Assembly: GCA_043803205.1 (NCBI GenBank) | Contig: JAZDKG010000070.1 | Location: 1,725 to 65,724, forward strand | Length of the DNA stretch: 64,000 nucleotides | Reading direction: 5' to 3' | DNA from: Planctomycetota bacterium | GTDB lineage: Bacteria; Planctomycetota; DG-23; JAZDKG01 | Part shown: piece by piece, positions 9,762-18,742 of the stretch | How positions within the stretch are numbered: position 1 is the first letter of the stretch | How the letters are laid out: each line of letters starts with the position of its first letter | The notes under the pieces: model-generated | Told to the model about the DNA's origin: nothing | The model's input: the letters and a program-made list of their open reading frames with translations, nothing else | Database searches by the model: none | Made by a program: the position numbers and the translations under genes

Positions 9762-11510
9762 GTGCCGGGGATCCGCATAGGAGCTAGAACCATGTCGCGA
9801 ATCATGTCGGCGGAAGGTTTCCTCATCTTCCTCCTCGTGGGACTTCACCTTTTCATATTCACGCGCGGGATGGACGAGGAGGGATGGGGGTCGCTATCCA
9901 ACACCGTGTCCATTCTCGAAGACCGGGATCTCAACCTAGCGAACAACCGGTTCCCGTCCCAGGAGGGGCCGTCCGCGCCCGTCGAGACGGCGGTGCCGGC
10001 GGAAGTCGCTCCGGAGACCGAACCGCATGAGGGACCGGCGGCGGGGGAGCCTGTTCCACCTCCCGAGCACATAGAAGTCCCGCCGGCGGCTCCGGAGGGC
10101 CAGTCGGAGGATGCCCCTGCCGCAATGCCGGCGGCGGAGGAGGAGACACCGACACCCACAGGTCCATATGGGGCCAGTCCGGCGAACGCGGAGCGCATCG
10201 TAGCAAGGACGCCTCTCGGGACGAGCTTCTTCGACATTCCCTTCGTGTGGGCGGCGAATCGGTGGTTCATTCCCGAGGCGAAGCAGGACGATGATCAGGA
10301 GACGGTCCACGCGAAGAAGGCGGCGAAGGAGTCGACGGATGTCTTCGCGCTGCTTTTAAGTCGGTCATTCTGGACGGTCCTAGCGATGCTCGTCCTCTAC
10401 GCCGTCCTCACGGATCTCGAATTCCCGCGCGGCGACAGCCTCATGTCGGTCCTTTTCATCTTCGCAAGCTCGTCGCTCACGTGGTATGGGGCATCGAGCT
10501 CATCCTACGGGGTTGCCACGTTCGTGTTCGCACTCATCCTCTACGCATTCACGCACCTCCTGCTCAAGATCAAGCAGGAAGCCGGGTACGAGTACTACGG
10601 CCGATGGTTCGGGATCGGGTTACTCGTAGGCTTAGCGGGCCTGGTAGAGTACGGCAGCGTATGGCTAGCGGCGGTGTTCGTGCTGTACCTTCTTCTGGAC
10701 CGAACGGGGTGGGGGACGGCGATTCTCAAGATCATCGTCTTCGCCCTCGGGTTCGGCGCCGTGTGGTGGATCAACCCGTGCTACTGGTCGACGCAGTTCG
10801 GGACGGGGGTCTTCTCGGCCCTGCGGGAGACGTTCCAGCTCGCGGGCTGGCACCTAGCGCCGGTGCGGGTGCTGTTCCACCTGCGCAACGGCTTCTTCCT
10901 TTTTGCGCCGCTCTATTTCTTCGGGTTCTTCGGGCTGCTCCTGTACCTCATGAACCGGAGTGAGGCGCCCGTCGAGTTTCGTCTGGGAGGCGTCTCCCTC
11001 CTGAGTCTGCTGGCGCTGTCCTTCGCGGCGGGGCTGAACGTGCGATGGACGCAAGGGGGCTTCGGCCAGCACCTCCTGACGCCCGCGCTCGTGTTCGTCG
11101 CGATCGGGGTCGGCGAGCTTCTCGGCGCCGAGGACAAGAGGTTCCTGCGCTATCTCCTCGGGTTCGCTGCGACCGTCTGGAGCTATCTCGTGTTCCTCCT
11201 CGCCCGCTCCGGCATACTGGGCGACAGCGCCTACGGTCTTGCCGATGTCCGGCCATACTGGAAAGCGATCTGGGGGAAGGACTACACCTGGAAGTGGATC
11301 CTGAACCGGGTCGGGAACTGCTCGGCGACGATGAACTACATGCTCGCCGAGGAGCGCCGGGGAGTTTTTCTTGTCTTCATCGTGGCGGCGTTCCTGCTGC
11401 TGCTGCCAGCATTCTCCTTCGTGCGTGAGCACCGGCTGCGGGAGCAGCTTGAGCGCAAGGCCCGTCGCGACGCGGCGGACAAGTGGCGGGCGCCCGGCTG
11501 GCAGCGATAG
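9762..11510 (+). CDS. polytopic membrane protein with N-terminal TM anchor, Pro/Glu/Ala-rich linker and 10+ TM core (possible O-antigen ligase/polymerase-like or GT-C-like)
   Basis: 582 aa. Low-complexity PSAPVETAVPAEVAPETEPHEGPAAGEPVPPPEHIEVPPAAPEG linker, then a W/Y/G-rich multi-helix domain. No recognisable catalytic motif. Confidence 0.45.
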   Translation: MPGIRIGARTMSRIMSAEGFLIFLLVGLHLFIFTRGMDEEGWGSLSNTVSILEDRDLNLANNRFPSQEGPSAPVETAVPAEVAPETEPHEGPAAGEPVPPPEHIEVPPAAPEGQSEDAPAAMPAAEEETPTPTGPYGASPANAERIVARTPLGTSFFDIPFVWAANRWFIPEAKQDDDQETVHAKKAAKESTDVFALLLSRSFWTVLAMLVLYAVLTDLEFPRGDSLMSVLFIFASSSLTWYGASSSSYGVATFVFALILYAFTHLLLKIKQEAGYEYYGRWFGIGLLVGLAGLVEYGSVWLAAVFVLYLLLDRTGWGTAILKIIVFALGFGAVWWINPCYWSTQFGTGVFSALRETFQLAGWHLAPVRVLFHLRNGFFLFAPLYFFGFFGLLLYLMNRSEAPVEFRLGGVSLLSLLALSFAAGLNVRWTQGGFGQHLLTPALVFVAIGVGELLGAEDKRFLRYLLGFAATVWSYLVFLLARSGILGDSAYGLADVRPYWKAIWGKDYTWKWILNRVGNCSATMNYMLAEERRGVFLVFIVAAFLLLLPAFSFVREHRLREQLERKARRDAADKWRAPGWQR

Positions 11511-11550
11511 CGCATTTGCGGCGGGACGGCGTTTGCCTTATCATGTCACG

Positions 11551-12294
11551 ATGATGACACGTAGGGAAATCCGCTCGCACAATCCCGCGGAACCTTGTCA
11601 CGTCAAGGTCACGGTTATCGTTCCCGCCTACAACGAGGCGGCGACCCTAGAGGCGATCCTCGAGCGCCTGGAGTCCCGGGACGACGTCGACGAGGTGCTC
11701 GTGGTGGACGACGGTTCTACGGACGGGACATCCGCGATCGTCCTTCGGTTCACGGAGCGGGACACGCGCTTTCGCCTGCTGCGCCATCCGACCAACCTCG
11801 GGAAGGGGGCGGCGGTGCGAACGGCGCTCGCGCAGGCGACCGGCGACGTTTTCATCATCCAGGACGCCGACCTCGAGTACGATCCCGTCGACTTCCCGAA
11901 ACTCCTTTCCCCCATCCGACAGGGCAAGGCCGACGTGGTGTACGGATCGCGCATCCGGGGGAGGAATCCGATGAGCTATCTTTCCTTCTTCCTGGGAGGG
12001 GTGACGCTTTCGATTCTCACGGACCTTTTGTACGCGGCGCGCATCACGGACGAGCCGACGTGCTACAAGGCGTTCCGCCGCGAGGCGCTCTCCCGGATCG
12101 AGCTGCGGGCCAACGGTTTCGAGTTCTGCCCGGAGCTGACGGCGAAGCTGCTCCTTTCGGGGCGGAGGATCCACGAGGTGGCGATATCCTACGTCCCGCG
12201 CACGAAGGACCAAGGGAAGAAGATTCGCTGGACCGACGGCCTCAAAGCCGTGTGGACACTTTTCTTCCTGCGGCTTACGGGGAAGGTGCGCTGA
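11551..12294 (+). CDS. glycosyltransferase family 2, polyprenyl-phosphate sugar transferase (Dpm1/ArnC/GtrB-like)
   Basis: VTVIVPAYNEAATLEAIL...VVDDGSTDGT...IIQDADLEYDP, the GT-A DXD motifs. Start reset to ATGATG at 11551. The track ORF 11371.. overlaps the upstream gene in frame. Confidence 0.7.
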   Translation: MMTRREIRSHNPAEPCHVKVTVIVPAYNEAATLEAILERLESRDDVDEVLVVDDGSTDGTSAIVLRFTERDTRFRLLRHPTNLGKGAAVRTALAQATGDVFIIQDADLEYDPVDFPKLLSPIRQGKADVVYGSRIRGRNPMSYLSFFLGGVTLSILTDLLYAARITDEPTCYKAFRREALSRIELRANGFEFCPELTAKLLLSGRRIHEVAISYVPRTKDQGKKIRWTDGLKAVWTLFFLRLTGKVR

Positions 12295-12369
12295 CGCGTC
12301 CGGCGCGAGCCGGCTGACGGGCGGCGGCGCGTCTGGTATAATGTCCGGGACGCGAGGGAGCGCGACAGG

Positions 12370-13566
12370 ATGCACATTCTCTACCTCACGAGCGACAGGA
12401 TTCCGGCGGGCGACGGCTCGAGCGCGCGGACGCTGGAGATCGCGGGGAACCTCGTCCGGCTGGGACACCAGGTGGACCTCGTGATCGACGCCGGAGCGTC
12501 GCAGCCGATCAAGGAGGTGATCTCCGGGGTCAAGGTGCGGCGGGTCAAGCAGACGGTGCTCGGCCGCTCGATCCCGATCTTGGCGTCGCGGAAACTGCTC
12601 TCCTTCCTGCAGCGCGACTACGACGTGGTGCTGGAACGGTTCTCGACGTTCGGGGGTACTGGGACGCTCGTGAGCCTGGTGAAGGACATCCCGTGCGTGC
12701 TCGAGGTGAATGCGCCGCACGCCGAGGAGCTGATCTGGCGCCGGCGTCTGCGCAACCCCGTCAAGACGGCGCTGCGGAGCTTGGGGCGCCTCCAGTTCCG
12801 GCTCAGCGCGATGATTTTAGCGCCCCGGCCATCGATCATTCCGTCGCTGTCCCAAGGGAAGACGCGGGAGACCGCGTGGGGCGTCAACACCGACCTTTTC
12901 AACACGGAGCTGGCGACGTCGAAGCGGGTGCAGAACCTGCGATGGACCTACGACCTCGAGGGGCGGACGGTGGTCGTCTTTTGCGGTAGCTTCGAAAGCC
13001 GTCAGAGCGTGGGGCGGCTCGCCGAGATCGCCGACCGCGTGACGCACGAGGATGCGAACGTCCGCTTTCTTCTCGTCGGAGAAGGCCCGACGAGCAACGA
13101 GCTCAGGAAAGAGATCGCGTTCCGGCGGATCGCGGACCGCGTCTTCTTCGCGGGCCGGCAGGCGTACCACGAGATCCCCTACTTCTTAGCCTGCGGGCAC
13201 GTGGGGATTGCGCCCTACGGCGTAGAGGACGACGAGCTTTGCAGGCGGTTCGGCTTCTACGGGATCCCGGCCAAGGTGTTCGAGTACATGGCCGCCGGCC
13301 TCCCGGTGGTCACCTTCGACTACGACGCGCTGCGGCGGATCCTGGGCAAGGACGAGTGCGGGGTCCTCGCCGCGCCCGGGGACATCGCGGGTATCACGGA
13401 GGGCGTCCTCGGGCTGTGCCGGGACGCAGCCCGCCGGAGCGCTCTGGGACGCAACGCCCGCAAGCGGGCGCAGGAGCTCTATGCGTGGCCCTCGCAGGTC
13501 CAGCGCCTGACGCAACTCCTGGAGGGGATGCTGGCGAAGAGCCCGGCCCGCCGGAGACTGTTCTAG
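12370..13566 (+). CDS. glycosyltransferase family 4
   Basis: 398 aa. ...FCGSFESRQSVGRL... and FEYMAAGLPVVTFDYDALRRILG motif. Confidence 0.7.
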   Translation: MHILYLTSDRIPAGDGSSARTLEIAGNLVRLGHQVDLVIDAGASQPIKEVISGVKVRRVKQTVLGRSIPILASRKLLSFLQRDYDVVLERFSTFGGTGTLVSLVKDIPCVLEVNAPHAEELIWRRRLRNPVKTALRSLGRLQFRLSAMILAPRPSIIPSLSQGKTRETAWGVNTDLFNTELATSKRVQNLRWTYDLEGRTVVVFCGSFESRQSVGRLAEIADRVTHEDANVRFLLVGEGPTSNELRKEIAFRRIADRVFFAGRQAYHEIPYFLACGHVGIAPYGVEDDELCRRFGFYGIPAKVFEYMAAGLPVVTFDYDALRRILGKDECGVLAAPGDIAGITEGVLGLCRDAARRSALGRNARKRAQELYAWPSQVQRLTQLLEGMLAKSPARRRLF

Positions 13567-13733
13567 AGGACCCGCCGAGCGGGGAATCAACCCTTTTTGG
13601 GCTTGACACAAGACGAGCGCGTTCGTACTTTCGCACGTGCACGGGGCGATCCGTCGGGCGGTTTTGGGGACGCGGGTGCCTCCGCCGACAGCTCCCGCCC
13701 GCGATCGGCGCCCCGACGTCGGAGGAACGGAAC

Positions 13734-14090
13734 ATGGACGGCCGAAAGCAGAGGCTCATGGTCGAACCGAGGGGGGAGGTGACGATCGTGACCTTCGTGG
13801 ACAAGAAGATCCTCGACGAGTCCAACATCCAGGACATCGGGGACCAGCTTTTCGAGCTGATCGAGAAGCACTACAAGATCGACCTCTTGCTCAACTTCGA
13901 GAACGTGGAGTATCTCTCCAGCGCGGCGCTGGGGAAGCTCATCACCCTGAACAAGAAGGTGAAGGCGGAAAACGGAAAACTGAAGCTCTGCTGCATCCGG
14001 CCCCAGATCTACGACGTGTTCAAGATCACCAAGCTGAACAAACTATTCGAGATCCACGATACCGAGGAGCGGGCGCTGGCGCGCTTCTGA
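13734..14090 (+). CDS. STAS-domain anti-sigma factor antagonist (SpoIIAA/RsbV-like)
   Basis: 118 aa. Conserved phospho-serine region EYLSSAALGKL. GGAGG RBS about 8 nt upstream of ATG 13734. The track ORF 13239.. is an in-frame 5' extension over the GT4 gene. Confidence 0.75.
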   Translation: MDGRKQRLMVEPRGEVTIVTFVDKKILDESNIQDIGDQLFELIEKHYKIDLLLNFENVEYLSSAALGKLITLNKKVKAENGKLKLCCIRPQIYDVFKITKLNKLFEIHDTEERALARF

Positions 14091-14139
14091 GGCTCCCTCC
14101 CACGCCGTTCCCGTGCGTCACCGGTCCCAGGACAAGGGT

Positions 14140-14568
14140 ATGGACTGGCAAACGGTCGTCATCCCCAGTCATCCGAATTTCATGGGGGTGGTCGAGCGTC
14201 GGGTGCTTACGTCCTTGGTGGACCTGGGGTTTGACGACGCGCAGCTCTTCGCGGTGCGGCTGGCGCTGGAGGAGGCGGTGACGAACGCCATCAAGCACGG
14301 CAACAAGATGGACCCGTCCAAGAAGGTGACCATCCGGTTCAAGATCGATTCGGAAAAGGTTTCCTTCGAGGTAAGCGACGAGGGGGAGGGGTTCGACTAC
14401 AACGCGGTGCCCGATCCCACGGACGACGAGCACCTGGAGCTTCCGCACGGGAGAGGGCTTCTGCTCATGCGGGCCTATGCGGACGAGGTGACCTACAACG
14501 AGGCCGGGAACCAGGTCCGTCTCGTCATGAAGCTGGATCAGGATCGCGTCGAAGAGGGGGCTTTGTGA
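14140..14568 (+). CDS. anti-sigma regulatory factor, serine kinase (RsbW/SpoIIAB-like, HATPase_c)
   Basis: LALEEAVTNAIKHGN (N-box), SDEGEGFDYN (G1), HGRGLLLM (G2). Alternative GTG start at 14113. Confidence 0.7.
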   Translation: MDWQTVVIPSHPNFMGVVERRVLTSLVDLGFDDAQLFAVRLALEEAVTNAIKHGNKMDPSKKVTIRFKIDSEKVSFEVSDEGEGFDYNAVPDPTDDEHLELPHGRGLLLMRAYADEVTYNEAGNQVRLVMKLDQDRVEEGAL

Positions 14569-14692
14569 GCTTCGGGGAGCGTCCTTTTCCGGACGCGTCG
14601 CCCGTTCGTCTCCGGCGCGAGGGGAGGAGTGCGGTTTTTTCGAGCACGTTCCCCTCTTCCGAGGTCCATGCTCTTTCCGCGACGAAGCGCCC

Positions 14693-17290
14693 ATGACGCC
14701 GATGTTCAAACAGTATCACGAGGTGAAGGCGAGGCACAGGGACGCCATCCTGCTCTTCCGCATGGGCGATTTTTACGAGATGTTTTACGAGGACGCGATT
14801 CTCGCGTCCCGGATCCTGGGGCTGGCGCTCACGAGCCGCTCCAAGGAGCCCGACGCCCCCCCCATGGCGGGGTTTCCTCATCACAGCGCCGAGACGCACA
14901 TCGAGAAGCTCATCCGGGCGGGGCACAAGGTCGCGATCTGCGAGCAACTCGAGGACCCGACGGTCGCCAAGGGGATCGTCGACCGGGGGGTGATCCGCGT
15001 GGTCACGCCAGGGACGCTGACGGAGGAGAAGATGCTATCCGCGGGGAAGGAGAACTTCCTTGCGGCCGTCCGACCGCGTGTCCGCGGGGCCAGGGGGGCG
15101 GCGGGGATCGCGTGGGTGGAGCTGTCGACGGGCAGCTTCGAGGTTGCGGAGGTTTCGGTCGACGAGGCGCGGGACGAGCTTGCGCGGATCGCGCCTGCCG
15201 AGTGCCTGTTCGCTGAGAGCGTAGGCGACGACGATGAGCTTTTGCGTTTCGCGACCGACGAGCTGGGCGGCATGGTGACGCGCGTGCCGGACTGGACCTT
15301 CGAATCGCGCTCCGCCACGAACCTGCTCCTGGAGCATTTCTCCGTGACGACGTTGGCAGGTTTCGGGGTGGACCATCTAGAGGGGGCGGTGGCGGCCGCG
15401 GGGGCGATCCTGCGCTACCTAGGCGAGACGCAAAAGACCAGCCTCTCCCACATCCGCGGGCTGCGCGTCCACCGACCGGCCGACTACCTTCTCATGGATC
15501 GGGGCACCATCCGGGCGCTGGAGCTCACCGAGACCATGCGCACGGGGGAGGAGCGCGGGTCGCTCATCGGCGTGCTCGATCGCACGCGGACGCCAATGGG
15601 GAAGCGGCTGCTGCGGCGCTGGACGCTCTCGCCTCTCGTGGACGTCGAGGGGATCCGGCGCCGCCTGGACGCGGTCGCGGAGCTTGTCGGAAAGCGGCAG
15701 GTCGTCGAGGATCTCGCGGGGCTCCTAGCGGACTGCAACGACATCGAGCGTCTGACGGGGAGGCTGGCCACCGGCCGGGCGCATCCGCGGGATCTGCTAT
15801 CGCTCTCGGAGTCGCTTGCGATCCTACCGGACGTCTCGGGGCTGCTGGCGACACTCGAGGCGGGGCTCTTCCGCGGGATGACTCCGGTGGACATCCTCGA
15901 GGACGTCCGACGACGCATGGTCGACGCGATCGACCCGGACGCGCCGATGCTGCTCAAGGAGGGAGGGCTCATCCGCGACGGGCACACCGCGCGTCTGGAC
16001 GAGCTGCGCTCTCTCATCCGGGACGGGACGGCGTGGATCGCGAACTACCAAGCGGAGGAGATCCGCCGGACGAGGATCCCGACGCTCAAGGTCGGCTTCA
16101 ACAACGTCTTCGGGTATTACATTGAGATCACCCACGTCCACGGGGAGCGGGTCCCGCCGGAGTACATCCGCAAGCAGACGCTCAAGAACGCCGAGCGCTA
16201 CATCACGCCCGAGCTCAAGGAGTACGAGCGCAAGGTCTTGACCGCGCAGGAGGAGAGCCGGCAGCTGGAGTACGATCTCTTCGTGGCGCTGCGCGAGGAG
16301 TTGGCGAAGGAGGTCGGACGCCTGAAGAAGGCCGCCGAGACGCTAGCGGAGCTCGACGTGCTGGGGGGACTGGCGTCATCGGCGATCGCGCACCGCTACG
16401 CGCGTCCGGAGATCGTGGAGGAGCCGGTCCTTTTCATCACGGAGGGACGCCACCCCGTCCTCGAACAGCTCCTTACGGATACGCGCTTCGTTCCCAACGA
16501 CGCGGCCATGTCCGAGGACGAGGGCCGGGTGCTGCTCATCACGGGGCCGAACATGGCGGGGAAGTCCACGTACATCCGGCAGGTGGCGCTCATCGTGATC
16601 TTGGCGCAGATGGGGAGCTTTGTACCGGCGCGCGAGGCGCGCATCGGGATCGTGGACCGCATCTTCACCCGGGTCGGGGCGTCGGACGAACTCGCGCGCG
16701 GGCAGTCGACGTTCATGGTCGAGATGATCGAGGCGGCCAACATCCTCAACAACGCCACGCGGCGCAGCCTCATCATCCTGGACGAGGTGGGGAGAGGCAC
16801 GTCCACATTCGACGGCATTTCGCTTGCGTGGGCGATCACGGAGCACATCCACGACCGCGTCGACGCGCGGACCCTCTTCGCCACCCACTACCACGAGCTC
16901 ACGGAGCTCGCGGACCATCTCGAGAAGGTGGAGAACTACAACGTGGCCGTCAAGGAATGGGGACACGAGGTCGTGTTCCTGCGGCGGATCGTGCCTGGGG
17001 CGACGGACAAGTCCTACGGCATCCACGTGGCAAGGCTGGCCGGGGTCCCGCCGGAGGTCATCGAGCGCGCACGGGCGCTCTTGGTCAATCTCGAGGAGAA
17101 CGTGCTCTCGATCCGGGAACGTCCCGACCGGCGCGGCCCCAAGCCGCGGCTGGCGCAGTTGTCGCTCTTCCGAAGCCCGGCGGAGGCGCGGCTCTTGGAG
17201 GAAATGCGGCGGATCGATCCCGAGGTGCTTACGCCGATCGAGGCGCTCCAGAAACTGACGGAGCTGCGGCGGCAACTTACGGAGGGGTAG
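14693..17290 (+). CDS. mutS: DNA mismatch repair protein MutS
   Basis: 865 aa. MFKQYHEVKARHRDAILLFRMGDFYEMFYEDA and Walker A GPNMAGKSTYIRQ. Confidence 0.9.
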   Translation: MTPMFKQYHEVKARHRDAILLFRMGDFYEMFYEDAILASRILGLALTSRSKEPDAPPMAGFPHHSAETHIEKLIRAGHKVAICEQLEDPTVAKGIVDRGVIRVVTPGTLTEEKMLSAGKENFLAAVRPRVRGARGAAGIAWVELSTGSFEVAEVSVDEARDELARIAPAECLFAESVGDDDELLRFATDELGGMVTRVPDWTFESRSATNLLLEHFSVTTLAGFGVDHLEGAVAAAGAILRYLGETQKTSLSHIRGLRVHRPADYLLMDRGTIRALELTETMRTGEERGSLIGVLDRTRTPMGKRLLRRWTLSPLVDVEGIRRRLDAVAELVGKRQVVEDLAGLLADCNDIERLTGRLATGRAHPRDLLSLSESLAILPDVSGLLATLEAGLFRGMTPVDILEDVRRRMVDAIDPDAPMLLKEGGLIRDGHTARLDELRSLIRDGTAWIANYQAEEIRRTRIPTLKVGFNNVFGYYIEITHVHGERVPPEYIRKQTLKNAERYITPELKEYERKVLTAQEESRQLEYDLFVALREELAKEVGRLKKAAETLAELDVLGGLASSAIAHRYARPEIVEEPVLFITEGRHPVLEQLLTDTRFVPNDAAMSEDEGRVLLITGPNMAGKSTYIRQVALIVILAQMGSFVPAREARIGIVDRIFTRVGASDELARGQSTFMVEMIEAANILNNATRRSLIILDEVGRGTSTFDGISLAWAITEHIHDRVDARTLFATHYHELTELADHLEKVENYNVAVKEWGHEVVFLRRIVPGATDKSYGIHVARLAGVPPEVIERARALLVNLEENVLSIRERPDRRGPKPRLAQLSLFRSPAEARLLEEMRRIDPEVLTPIEALQKLTELRRQLTEG

Positions 17291-17397
17291 CCCCCCCTGC
17301 GGCCGAGGGAGCTTCGGCGGGCAAGCTTGACAAGGCGTTCGTCGCCGGTATGTTTCTTGAGACACAGCACAAGGGTTCAGAGGAAAGGAGACCCGCC

Positions 17398-17601
17398 GTG
17401 GCGGAAGCCACCACCTTTAAGGAAGAGATGACGATCCTCGAGGCCGTCCAAGCCCATCCGGACGCCGCCGGCATCCTGCAGGGGAGCGGGATGCACTGTT
17501 TAGGCTGCGTGATCGCCCGCGGGGAGACGTTAGGCGACGGGGCCCGCGCGCACGGGATTCCGGTGGAGGGACTCCTAGCCAAGCTCAACGCCCTGAAATG
17601 A
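17398..17601 (+). CDS. DUF1858-type small redox-disulfide protein (hybrid-cluster-protein-associated domain)
   Basis: FKEEMTILEAVQAHPDAAGILQGSGMHCLGCVIARGETLGDGARAHGIPVEGLLAKL fits the DUF1858 pattern. GTG start with GGAAAGGAG RBS. Alternative ATG starts at 17350 or 17428. Confidence 0.5.
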   Translation: MAEATTFKEEMTILEAVQAHPDAAGILQGSGMHCLGCVIARGETLGDGARAHGIPVEGLLAKLNALK

Positions 17602-17622
17602 CGCGGCGCCGACGCGCGTGTC

Positions 17623-18525
17623 TCAGGTCCTGGTGATCTTAAGACTGGGTTCCTTCGGGACGTGCGAACGCACGAAGTCCTTGGTGACTCGATTGAGGGG
17701 AGGAAGGAACTCTATCTGTTCCCCCGTCGCGGTTTTGATCTTTCGCGCCAGCCGGAGATGGTAGAAGGGCTCCAAGGCCTCTTCGAGCTCGATCAGGCGC
17801 ACGCCGACGCGTCTTGCGAGCGAGGGCGGGCTCTCGATGAGGCCCGAGTTCGCCCGGTAGAGGGTCAGGAGGGTCTTCCTCACGGGGCTGGAGATGAGGT
17901 CGTTGAGCCCCTGCGCAGCGACCTTCTTGCCGGTTTCAATCAACTTCGTCGCGGAGGACTCCACGAGGACGCAGATGTTGTTTCCGGCGTCCGAGGGCAC
18001 GAGCCAGAACCTCGCCAGTCCGGGATGATAGGTTCCGCCGGGATGGCCATGAAGGACCTCGCCGTCGCGGAAGTACACCGTAAGCTCAAGCCTGCCGTGG
18101 CCGGCGCTGGCGACCGCGGACCGCTCCGCGGCGGAGGGACGCCTGTCGGGAGGCGGAGAGAACTCGCGCACGTGACAGACGAGCTTCACATCGGAGAACG
18201 CCACGAGGACGCGCTCGGCGGCGCCGACTTGCGCGAGCGGTACGATGTAGAAGCTCTCCGCGTGCGGATCGAGCTTGTAGCTCGTCCCTTTCAGGATCCT
18301 GCCGTCTTTGAAGTGCACGACGAGCTTGAGGTGCATCGACTTCTGCGTGCGGACGTCTTCCGCGGGTTGCGTGACCTGCATCTTCAAGGTCCGGATGCAG
18401 CCGAGGCAGTAGAGGTTCCCGTCGATGCACTTAAGGAGGCAGCGCGAGCAGCCGAAGCAGCCGCAACGGGTACAATACCCGATAGCCTGCAACTGGGCGT
18501 GTTGGTGGCACTTTTGAACCGCCAC
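17623..18525 (-). CDS. hypothetical protein: N-terminal Cys-rich zinc-ribbon/B-box-like module plus two tandem ~65-aa repeats
   Basis: 300 aa. CHQHAQLQAIGYCTRCGCFGCSRCLLKCIDGNLYCLGCI. Repeats HLKLVVHFKDGRILKGTSYKLDPHAESFYIVPL and LELTVYFRDGEVLHGHPGGTYHPGLARFWLVPS. Confidence 0.5.
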   Translation of the reverse strand: MAVQKCHQHAQLQAIGYCTRCGCFGCSRCLLKCIDGNLYCLGCIRTLKMQVTQPAEDVRTQKSMHLKLVVHFKDGRILKGTSYKLDPHAESFYIVPLAQVGAAERVLVAFSDVKLVCHVREFSPPPDRRPSAAERSAVASAGHGRLELTVYFRDGEVLHGHPGGTYHPGLARFWLVPSDAGNNICVLVESSATKLIETGKKVAAQGLNDLISSPVRKTLLTLYRANSGLIESPPSLARRVGVRLIELEEALEPFYHLRLARKIKTATGEQIEFLPPLNRVTKDFVRSHVPKEPSLKITRT

Positions 18526-18591
18526 TGCCCTGCGCCTCTCAAGAGCCCACGTTCCTTGAGCGCCCCTTTAACGCCCCGGGCGCTCCATTCC

Positions 18592-18620
18592 AATATACCC
18601 CGCTTTTCGCCCGCGTGCAA
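18592..18620 (-). promoter_or_regulatory. sigma70-like promoter TTGCAC-N17-TATATT driving the Zn-ribbon repeat protein gene
   Basis: reverse complement of 18592-18620; gene start at 18525. Confidence 0.4.
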
Positions 18621-18659
18621 GGCGAGCAGCCGCATCCTCGGCGCACCATCCCAAGATTC

Positions 18660-18688
18660 TTGACATTCCGGCGTTCAGGCGCTAATGT
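18660..18688 (+). promoter_or_regulatory. sigma70-like promoter TTGACA-N17-TAATGT driving the icd-lpxK-hldE... operon
   Basis: read directly; about 55 nt upstream of ATG 18743. Confidence 0.45.
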
Positions 18689-18742
18689 CGCGCACGTGTC
18701 GGCGGACTTTCCTTTTTCTCTAAGGGCCTGTCGGAGATCAAG

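Noticed and set aside
14569-14692. Possible terminator/hairpin (GCGTCC...GGACGC, GCGGTTTTTTCG) between the RsbW-like gene and mutS
   Set aside because: The stems are short and interrupted, and the T-run does not directly follow a stable GC stem. Not convincing enough to call.
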